A DNA stretch of 64,000 nucleotides from a virus, in IMG/VR virus record IMGVR_UViG_3300024239_000017; one strand, 5' to 3'. Position 1 is the first letter of the stretch; each line of letters starts with the position of its first letter. Shown piece by piece: positions 19,102-27,326 of the stretch. The position numbers and the translations under genes were made by a program. Under the pieces are notes generated by a model, which saw only the letters and a program-made list of their open reading frames with translations, made no database searches and was not told the DNA's origin.

Positions 19102-19358
19102 TAATTTAATGCACCATTCTCATGTAGATATAAAGACTTCTTAGTGCTAAATTTCGGCAGTTAGTAATGTTTAGTCATAAACAGCTAAGATGTGAAACTA
19201 CCTAATTAATTATAGAGGTTAAATGCCTTATCTGAAAAGTAACTGTCAGATATATTGATTAGTTCCCAAGGATGAGCAATTGTAATAAGAGAGAATGATA
19301 AGCTCTATATGAGTGAGTAAATTAAATACTTGTTACAATTGAGTGCAGAGGGGTATTA
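19102..19358 (+). ncRNA. Twister-like ribozyme with a large insertion
   Basis: TAATGCACC(19107)...TTCCCAAGG(19263)...TGCAGAGGG(19344), with matching P2, T1, T2 and P4 pairings. Confidence 0.55.
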
Positions 19359-19775
19359 TATAAAATAACTTGATAAGATTATTGTTTAGAAATAAATGTG
19401 TTATATTATATAACGTAATAATCCGATGTCAGCAATGCTAAGTTATCTCAACAGTTCTCGCCTAAGAGTCGCCAGAGTTCTTATAAGCATTTTTAAATTA
19501 AACGGAAATGAAAATAGCATTAATAAAAGATTCAGAAAATAAAACAATAGGTTATACTATTGAAGGAGAAACAAAAGATGAAAAATTAATTGTTAATTCT
19601 ATTAGAAATATGCACTTTTTTGGTATAAATGATAGTGAAATAGTTTATGATGGTAGATAAAAAAATCCAAATGAACCAGATTACGCAGGTAAATTAATAT
19701 TTAAACAAAAAAGTCATGCAAATAGTTAGTATTACAGATATACAAGAAACGTCTAACTTATTATGTGACTTACAA

Positions 19776-19849
19776 AGCCTTGTAACTCAGTTGGTTAGAG
19801 TACCTGACTCATAATCAGGAAGTCGTGGGTTCGAGCCCCACCGAGGCTA
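19776..19849 (+). tRNA. tRNA-Ile2/Met(CAT)
   Basis: AGCCTTG/CGAGGCT, CCTGA-CTCATAA-TCAGG. Confidence 0.9.
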
Positions 19850-20022
19850 CTAGTATACTTGAAATGATATATAGTATATGAAATTCCCGCTTTCGGTACC
19901 ATGTTACTGATATAAATAAATTTATCCTTTCCAAGAGTGGGTGGGTGTAGGAAAGGATTTAATATTTATCGAACTTGCTTTAAAAATAAATGATTACTTA
20001 ACCTTTTTAAATAAATAAAATT

Positions 20023-20592
20023 ATGAAAAAACTATTATTAGTAGTATTCACATTGTTACTTTCAACAATATCTTTTGCACAAACAGATTCAACATTTCTA
20101 TCTAAAGTAGAAACAAAAGCCGTGACAAACGTAGATCAATTCATTACAAAACATCAACCTACATTTGACGAAAAACTAGGGCAATTGTGGGAATTTGCAA
20201 AAACAACCACTACCTCCATGTACGAAGCGTTTGTAAGATACTTAATTGTAAAAGATTCTTATCCAATTATGCTTTGGTTGGTGTTCTTATTAGTATCTTA
20301 TATACTTTACAGCAGGTTAAACAAATTTGTAAGTAAAAATAATACTTTGTTTGACAGCCTAAGTACTAGTGAAAAATTCACAGAATATGAGAGGATGATG
20401 GTAGAACATAGGAATAATTATAGAAAAGTTCTAAACATGTTGTATAATTCACTACCTACTATTCTAATATATTCTGCCTTTGTTTATACAGTAGTAAAAA
20501 TAGTACCTTATATTTACAATATTGTACTTCTACTTATCGCTCCTGAAGCAAGAGTTTTAATCGAAATAACTAACATCTATAAAAGTTTGTAA
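20023..20592 (+). CDS. Membrane protein with signal peptide
   Basis: MKKLLLVVFTLLLSTISFA-Q followed by TM segments. Confidence 0.7.
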   Translation: MKKLLLVVFTLLLSTISFAQTDSTFLSKVETKAVTNVDQFITKHQPTFDEKLGQLWEFAKTTTTSMYEAFVRYLIVKDSYPIMLWLVFLLVSYILYSRLNKFVSKNNTLFDSLSTSEKFTEYERMMVEHRNNYRKVLNMLYNSLPTILIYSAFVYTVVKIVPYIYNIVLLLIAPEARVLIEITNIYKSL

Positions 20593-20594
20593 AA

Positions 20595-21401
20595 ATGTCA
20601 GGAAGCCTTTATAAAAACGTAGATAAAAAAAGAGTTTTAGCAGAACAAGCTGCTAAAAAATTAGAGTCGCTGTCGATTGGATATGACCCAATAAATGCTG
20701 TAAAGTCAGACTTAAGACATTCAACTGTATTAGAAAAAGAGGCTGAAAGTATTCATAGAGAGAATATAGAAATTAACGCTCTTTCAAAAAAATACGGAGG
20801 AAGAGTAATAGATAGAAAAGATTTAGCTCATTATATACTATCTTCAAACATGGTTTTAAGAGAAGTATCTCATTATAAAGCTGATTTATCTAAAGAAGTT
20901 TTAACTGCAATTAAAGATTTTGCTGATAAAAACGGAATTGATTTGAGAATGTATTCTAGTAATTTTAAAATACTAGCTCCTAAAAAATACTTTAACGAAA
21001 AAAATAGAAAGGTAGATAATGTAAAACATAATGTTTATTATTTACCAGCAGAAAATGGCGGATGGGACACTGATAAATTTGTAGAAGTATATGGTTCAGA
21101 TTTTGAATACGGATTTTTTGCACCAATTACAGAAGCATTTTCAGTAGAAACCTACAATGAGCGTAATATAGTGCCTGGATTAAGTATACTATTTACAATA
21201 TTCAATGTAATAATGTTTGCAGCTTTTATAGCAACAGGTTTTGAGGTATTAAGTATTGGAATTATGTTTTTTTACCTTATTATCAATGTAGTATTGTTAA
21301 TAGTAATAACAGTTTTTTATAACGGGATATTTAAATCAAAAGAATATTTAAATGATATAAATATTAAAGACGTATTAAGAGAAGGACAAGGAAAAATATA
21401 A
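20595..21401 (+). CDS. Hypothetical protein with two C-terminal TM helices
   Basis: Hydrophobic C terminus. Confidence 0.7.
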   Translation: MSGSLYKNVDKKRVLAEQAAKKLESLSIGYDPINAVKSDLRHSTVLEKEAESIHRENIEINALSKKYGGRVIDRKDLAHYILSSNMVLREVSHYKADLSKEVLTAIKDFADKNGIDLRMYSSNFKILAPKKYFNEKNRKVDNVKHNVYYLPAENGGWDTDKFVEVYGSDFEYGFFAPITEAFSVETYNERNIVPGLSILFTIFNVIMFAAFIATGFEVLSIGIMFFYLIINVVLLIVITVFYNGIFKSKEYLNDINIKDVLREGQGKI

Positions 21402-21405
21402 AGTT

Positions 21406-21705
21406 ATGAAAAAAATAGCATTGCTAATATTATTTATTGTTTTAGGTTTTTCAACCCTTGCTTGGAATATCTCTCCACAAGAAACAGTAATCGTAGAAAA
21501 AGAATTAGAAACTAACATCGATACGGAAGATGCTTTCAAAAAGTATAAAGTAGTAGAAGATGATGATTTCAAAATGATACCAAAAGTAGACGTATATAGA
21601 AGGTTTAAATATATTAAAGAAAAATCTATAGTTCCTTTTATATACAAAAAAACTACTTTTGTAGAATCTTCTACAGTGATAGAAGAAAACAATTGTGGAT
21701 GTTAA
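21406..21705 (+). CDS. Secreted hypothetical protein
   Basis: Signal peptide. Confidence 0.6.
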   Translation: MKKIALLILFIVLGFSTLAWNISPQETVIVEKELETNIDTEDAFKKYKVVEDDDFKMIPKVDVYRRFKYIKEKSIVPFIYKKTTFVESSTVIEENNCGC

Positions 21706-21809
21706 TACTCCACACTCAATAAACTATGTATGTGGTGTGAAGTCTGCACCAACAACTTAAATCTCAGTAAAAGAGCAGATAACTGAAGAGCCACACAGTT
21801 TATAATAAT

Positions 21810-22303
21810 AAGGCTAAACATTGAACCTTTGTAATCAAGAGAAAACGTAGTGGGGCTAGCCTACTTTAAATCAAATTTAGACATTGATTACATAAAGATA
21901 CTAATCCTGAATTGACAGGATAAATTTTAGTGCAAAAAATTAAAGCAAATGGGAGAGGTACACTCCACTAATTTTTGGAGTAATCCTAGATGTGTTGTTC
22001 CCTTGAGAAAGGAATAGTTATAAAATAAGGTGATTAATTTCCCTTTTTAGAGAATAGATATGACAAGTGCTTATCAGCTATCTCACAACACAAATGAGCT
22101 GCTATCCGTGAGGACGCAGGTACAGAAATGTACTTCTCAGCAAGTAGTTAAACGATGTGTAACAGAAAGAACTATGATAGGAAGAACCTATACGTTGAAA
22201 TCTTAGTACTTAACTACGTGACCCTACTCTTATAAACTTCCAAAGACACGAAACAGAAATGTGGATACCGTGCAAGTCAATATAAGACAAGAGGGTGCTA
22301 AAA
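21810..22303 (+). ncRNA. Large unidentified structured RNA, copy A
   Basis: Seven blocks conserved with 41982-43136, separated by variable hairpins; no ORF. Confidence 0.75.
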
Positions 22304-22396
22304 CTTTTATAAAGTCAATCATGTAAATTGGCTAGGATATTATAGAAAAATTCTTAGCCAATTTTAAAATTAATTATTAATATAAACAATAATACA

Positions 22397-24010
22397 ATGG
22401 CTAAATATAGATTTAAAACCGAAGAGGAATTTAAAGCGGAGGGATTATGGAATTATAAATTAGAAACTCCAAATAAATGGAATGATGAAGGAGAAATGGA
22501 TGAATATCTCGGGAAAGATATTCCTGATAAATATAATAGTAAATGTGATAGCAAACAATCATTCGTGTATGAAGGCTGGTATTTTAATGAAAATAGTTAT
22601 GTATTAAAAGAAAAAGAAGAAAAAGTTCTTCGATTTAAAAAAGATAAGTGGTATCATTATAAAAAGGGAAAAGGGTATTATTTAAGAAGTGATAGAGATA
22701 GTGAAGATATTATCCATTATTCAGAGTACATTTATCCTTCTGATAATGAACATGAATATCAAATTAATAGTTATGATAATGAGTATGTTACAGATGAAGA
22801 AGTACCTTTAGAAGAAGTTAGAAAATATCTTCTTAAAGGACATCCTGATAGGTTTAAAAAAGATTTAAAACTTAAAGATAATGTATGGTATGAAGTTACT
22901 TTGAGTCTTAAATTTAAGCATGTTTTTAAATTTATTGGGTATTATAAGCCAGGTAAAGTAAGTTTAAAGGAAGGTCATTATGATATTAATGGTGGTAGAT
23001 GGGTAAATGCAAACTGTTTTGATTTTGATTCAATCACTGATATTAAAGAGTTATCAGTAGAAGATATTCAACAATATTTACCTGAAAATCATCCAGATAA
23101 AATTACAACTCCTAAATTTGAAAAAGGAAAATGGTATAAATGGTATCAAAAAAATCATGGCTCTTTTCATTATGGTAAATTTGATAGCATTATTAATACT
23201 TCTATGAAAATGAAACCTTGGATCAGGCACTGTGATTCTTATAATGAAACAGGTAGTTTTGATATAAATAGTGCACAGCAAATTACAGAAGTTTCTTATT
23301 CAGAAATCGAACAATTTTTACCAGAAGACATGAAAGAGACTAAAGACTTTCCTAAATATTGGTTTGTAAAAAACAATAAACAACCAGAACTATTAGATTA
23401 TGCAGGTCATATTAGTAAGGAGAGTCCTAAGTGGTGGGAAACATATCCTTATATAGGTTATGACGGTGTACTATCTTGTAAAGGAATACACGGTTGTGGT
23501 ACTCATGCTTTCATAAATAACGCTATAGAAGTATCATTTGAAGATTTTCTTGAAAATGTATATTATGTAAAATTTCCTGAAAAAAGAAAACAAAAATCAG
23601 AATTTGTTTTACCTGAAAAATGGTATACTAAACCAAAAACAAATGAAGAAAAGGATGTTCTTAATAAATTTGTAGTAGATTTAAAAGATAATCATTGGAA
23701 AATTGAAGACAAATATTCCTATGAACATACACCACATTTTAAAAATGGAAATTATCAAAGATCTACATGGATTGGATATGAAGATAATGACTATACTGAA
23801 ATTACTTTTGAACAGTTCAAAAAATACGTTTTGAAGGATAAAAGTGTCTCTTCAACAGATACAGTCAAATATGTTATGACTGCATCAGAAGAAACAGAAT
23901 TTGTTTCTAGTGTAGTAGAATTGACACCTGTTTATATTTTAAATGTAGAAGATAGTAAAATATTACCATTACCAAAAAGTATAGAATCAGTAAAAACAAA
24001 ATTAAATTAA
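22397..24010 (+). CDS. Modular hypothetical protein with internal repeats
   Basis: Repeated F.K.KWY...I..YLP..HPD and PEKW...EITFEQF modules. Confidence 0.75.
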   Translation: MAKYRFKTEEEFKAEGLWNYKLETPNKWNDEGEMDEYLGKDIPDKYNSKCDSKQSFVYEGWYFNENSYVLKEKEEKVLRFKKDKWYHYKKGKGYYLRSDRDSEDIIHYSEYIYPSDNEHEYQINSYDNEYVTDEEVPLEEVRKYLLKGHPDRFKKDLKLKDNVWYEVTLSLKFKHVFKFIGYYKPGKVSLKEGHYDINGGRWVNANCFDFDSITDIKELSVEDIQQYLPENHPDKITTPKFEKGKWYKWYQKNHGSFHYGKFDSIINTSMKMKPWIRHCDSYNETGSFDINSAQQITEVSYSEIEQFLPEDMKETKDFPKYWFVKNNKQPELLDYAGHISKESPKWWETYPYIGYDGVLSCKGIHGCGTHAFINNAIEVSFEDFLENVYYVKFPEKRKQKSEFVLPEKWYTKPKTNEEKDVLNKFVVDLKDNHWKIEDKYSYEHTPHFKNGNYQRSTWIGYEDNDYTEITFEQFKKYVLKDKSVSSTDTVKYVMTASEETEFVSSVVELTPVYILNVEDSKILPLPKSIESVKTKLN

Positions 24011-24034
24011 TATTAACTTTAAAATCAAAAAAAA

Positions 24035-24376
24035 ATGAAAAATTCAAAAAATTTCGTACAAGCAGTAGAAGCAAAATTAAAAGGAGAAGATGCGTCAACC
24101 GTAGCTAAAAAAATTCAAAAACAAGCAGATTCTGCTTTCAAAGCACATATCGCTAGTCTTACAGGTGATACAATTGCATTGGAAGACGCAGTAGAATCAG
24201 CTCAAGAAGCATTAGATAATGCTAGAATCAACAACGCTCGAACTATTTCTAATAGAAATCAGTATGTTCAAAGTTTAGTTGCTGCAAAAAATAATTTAAC
24301 TGCTGCTGAAAAAGCTCTTAAAGATCATAAGGATACTATCGCATTCTTAGAAGAGCAACACGAATACATCAAATAA
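24035..24376 (+). CDS. Coiled-coil protein
   Basis: Ala-rich heptads. Confidence 0.7.
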   Translation: MKNSKNFVQAVEAKLKGEDASTVAKKIQKQADSAFKAHIASLTGDTIALEDAVESAQEALDNARINNARTISNRNQYVQSLVAAKNNLTAAEKALKDHKDTIAFLEEQHEYIK

Positions 24377-24406
24377 ACAAATAAGCACAGTTATCTGTGC
24401 TTATAA

Positions 24407-24480
24407 GGTCTTGTAACTCAGTCGGTTAGAGTACCTGACTCATAATCAGGAAGTCGTGGGTTCGAGCCCCACCGAGACCA
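24407..24480 (+). tRNA. tRNA-Ile2/Met(CAT), near-duplicate of 19776
   Basis: GGTCTTG/CGAGACC; body near-identical, with compensatory changes in the acceptor stem. Confidence 0.9.
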
Positions 24481-24504
24481 CTAAAACATTAACTCCACAC
24501 TCAA

Positions 24505-25380
24505 ATGAATAAATACTGTGTAGAACGTAATATTTCAAATTTTGAAGAAGTTAATAAACTATTTTCAGAATTATATAATAAGATTTATAAAGGTAAAGGA
24601 GTTTGCATAGAAAGAGGACAAATTCGTGATTATTTACATTACCCTTATATAGATAACAAAAAGGTTGTAAGCTCATATATAAGTAAAGGTTATAAAAAAA
24701 TAACATTAACAGAATTAAAAAGTATGATAATGAGTAATAAAAAATATACTAAACAAGATTGGTTAGATGGTAAGATTGCTTTGATTAACCATCCTGAAGA
24801 TAAAGTATACTTACAATCATTCTTTCAAGAATGTAATCAGCTTAATTCTAAACCTATTTTATCAAGCGGATATTATAGATGTGACACCAGTTCTTCATAT
24901 AAAGGAATGTGGGTAAGAGAAGCATTTACGTCTTTACCAAAAGTCAGAATAAAAGAGTTGATTATAAATGACATTTGTGGACAAAAAATAATAGGTTATA
25001 AACTAAAAAAAGAGTATTTCAAATACGTTGATGTCATTAATCAATTAGTGTTTTATGTATATGGAGATTTTAATGCGGAAGACGTAATAGATTCCACAAT
25101 GACACAAACTTTGAAGATATTAGAAAAATCCAAGATATTAGATAAATGGTTTGATGAAGTTTATTTCAAAGAACCAAAATTACCTATAATAAATAAATAT
25201 GAAGGCAAGTATCATAAAAATAGCCATATATCTTATGGTTGTGCAGAGTTGCCTTTAGAATGGTTTATATCTGATAAAAATAGAAGTATGACTTCGATAA
25301 CTCTTAATTCAGGAGCAGTACTTTCAAAATCAGATATAGAACAAATAAAAGAATACCTTATTTATCAAAATAATAAATAA
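24505..25380 (+). CDS. Hypothetical protein
   Basis: 291-aa ORF. Confidence 0.7.
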   Translation: MNKYCVERNISNFEEVNKLFSELYNKIYKGKGVCIERGQIRDYLHYPYIDNKKVVSSYISKGYKKITLTELKSMIMSNKKYTKQDWLDGKIALINHPEDKVYLQSFFQECNQLNSKPILSSGYYRCDTSSSYKGMWVREAFTSLPKVRIKELIINDICGQKIIGYKLKKEYFKYVDVINQLVFYVYGDFNAEDVIDSTMTQTLKILEKSKILDKWFDEVYFKEPKLPIINKYEGKYHKNSHISYGCAELPLEWFISDKNRSMTSITLNSGAVLSKSDIEQIKEYLIYQNNK

Positions 25381-25388
25381 TAATGGTA

Positions 25389-25459
25389 GGTGCCATAGCT
25401 CAGTAGGTAGAGCTGTGACGACGGTCATGAAAGCATAGGTTCGAACCCTATTGGCACCA
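25389..25459 (+). ncRNA. tRNA-like element with a 4-nt loop instead of an anticodon
   Basis: GGTGCCA/TGGCACC-A, canonical D and T arms, TGTGAC-GACG-GTCATG. Confidence 0.75.
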
Positions 25460-25463
25460 CAGA

Positions 25464-25735
25464 TTGACTTGTTGACTTAGTAAGCAACTTTGCAGGACGA
25501 GGGTTCGAATCCCTCCATCTCCACTACGTTATCACATGAGTGATTGTCAGTTAAATTCCCTAGAAGTTCATCAGAGCATGGTCTGATAAAAATGGGGATG
25601 ACTGGTTTCGACTGTAAACAGAGGTACTAACGAGAGTTAATTCATAAGTAAACGGAAACGTTGTAAAAATGAACTTCGCTACTGCTAGAGCAGTGGCATA
25701 GTTCCGTTCGGGGAGAACGACATCTCCCCATTTTT
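25464..25735 (+). ncRNA. ssrA: Permuted (two-piece) tmRNA; tag (A)GNVVKMNFATARAVA
   Basis: Acceptor piece GGACGAGGGTTCGAATCCCTCCATCTCCA ends at 25523, before the coding piece GGGGATGACTGGTTTCGAC starting at 25594; G3:U70; tag ORF 25654-25701; terminator hairpin follows. Confidence 0.85.
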
Positions 25736-25758
25736 AAAAGACTAACATTATTTAATAT

Positions 25759-26541
25759 ATGAGTACTAAAGTAAGAACTAGAGTAGCACCCTCGCCGACA
25801 GGCTTTTTTCACATCGGTACATTGAGAACTGCTTTATTAAATTATTTATTTGCAAAAGCAAATGACGGTGAATTTATCTTAAGAATAGATGATACAGACC
25901 AAGAAAGAGGAGACCAATCTTTAATAGATTATATCCACACTCAAATGAGTGATTTTAAGTTACAACATGATTTAACGTTTCAACAATCTGACAGATTAGA
26001 CAGATACAATGAAATTGCTAGATTGATAGGTACCTTAGAAAGTGATGGTAGTATTTCTATACAAATGGATGGATACACTATGGGATTAATCAGAAGTAAT
26101 GGTTTTCCTTTATATAATTTTGCAACAGTAGTAGATGATTTTGACTACGATATTACACATATTATAAGAGGAGTTGACCATATTTCAAACGCACAAAAAC
26201 AAAAAATACTATGGTATAAAATTGCTGACGCTTTAAAAAGCACTAAACAGTTTCCTGAGTTAATACATGCAGGATTATTATTAGACGGTAAGACAGGTAA
26301 AAAAATCTCTAAAAGAGATGGTTCTGGACTAGTATCAGATTATTCTGACTATAAAAAAGAAGCTATATTAAATTGGATTCTAAAGTTAGGATGGTCACAC
26401 AAAGATTCAAAATTTGACAAACATTATCCAACATTAACAATCGACCAAATGGTCGAAGTATTTAACGGTGGAAAAATCAACCAATCTAATGTAAAAGTAT
26501 TTATAGATAAGTTAGATTGGTTTAACAAGAAATTTAAATAA
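25759..26541 (+). CDS. Glutamyl-tRNA synthetase-like protein, catalytic domain only
   Basis: RTRVAPSPTG..HIGT, LRIDDTD, YNFATVVDD, IIRGVDH, KISKR; ends before the anticodon-binding domain. Confidence 0.88.
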   Translation: MSTKVRTRVAPSPTGFFHIGTLRTALLNYLFAKANDGEFILRIDDTDQERGDQSLIDYIHTQMSDFKLQHDLTFQQSDRLDRYNEIARLIGTLESDGSISIQMDGYTMGLIRSNGFPLYNFATVVDDFDYDITHIIRGVDHISNAQKQKILWYKIADALKSTKQFPELIHAGLLLDGKTGKKISKRDGSGLVSDYSDYKKEAILNWILKLGWSHKDSKFDKHYPTLTIDQMVEVFNGGKINQSNVKVFIDKLDWFNKKFK

Positions 26542-26569
26542 TTATTCAACCTTTATTAATTTTTTTATC

Positions 26570-27187
26570 ATGAAAAAAACAGCTTTATCAGGAGTTTTCA
26601 CTCCAAAAACAAAAAAAGACGCAGTAAAATTCCAAAAATTAGCAATCGCTTTAGGTTTTGCTTGGAAAAAAGCAGGTGCGAAAGTAATCAGTCTTAAAGA
26701 CGGTCAAGCCATCAAATTAAAAGACGACGTGATGGTTCCTTGTACAGCTTGTGCAGACCAAGATACTCTTACTTTAGCAACAATGGAAAAAGAAGTTATT
26801 TCTGCTAGAGAAGGTAAATTTGTGACAAATAGAGCTTCTTTACTAGAAGTTTTTAACGAAACTAAATGTAGAGAAATCGAAGACGTCATCAAAAAAATCT
26901 TACAAGATAACTATGACAAAGCCGATAACGAAGACTTCGTTGTTCCGCAAGAATATGTAGACAGAGCTTCAGTAGAACTTTCTGACGAACAAAGAGCATA
27001 TTTTGCTGCCGCAGGATTGTATATTTCACATCCTTATGATGGATATAAAGTATCTTCTGTTAACGGATCTGAAGTACCTGCCGATTTAAATCTTAGAACT
27101 AAAACTTTAACAGAAGTAGCTTCTGGTACAAAAGTAGGTTCTGTGTTTACTGATACAGACGGAAACGTGTACTTTGTTAGTAAATAA
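26570..27187 (+). CDS. Hypothetical protein
   Basis: 205 aa, biased codon usage. Confidence 0.7.
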   Translation: MKKTALSGVFTPKTKKDAVKFQKLAIALGFAWKKAGAKVISLKDGQAIKLKDDVMVPCTACADQDTLTLATMEKEVISAREGKFVTNRASLLEVFNETKCREIEDVIKKILQDNYDKADNEDFVVPQEYVDRASVELSDEQRAYFAAAGLYISHPYDGYKVSSVNGSEVPADLNLRTKTLTEVASGTKVGSVFTDTDGNVYFVSK

Positions 27188-27228
27188 TAATAAAAAATCC
27201 CACTTATATTGAGTGGGATTTTATACTT

Positions 27229-27299
27229 GACCTGTTCGTCTAGTGGTTAGGACAATGCGCTGCGGTGTGTAAACAGAGGTTCGAATCCTCTACAGGTTA
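27229..27299 (+). ncRNA. tRNA-Glu-like body with a degenerate anticodon arm (6-nt loop)
   Basis: Same acceptor and T stems as 16126; ATGCG-CTGCGG-TGTGT. Confidence 0.75.
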
Positions 27300-27326
27300 C
27301 AATTAATTAACTAAATTTATTATATT

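Noticed and set aside
21810-22303. RNase P RNA
   Set aside because: The GAGGAAAGUCC and terminal P4 consensus sequences were not found.
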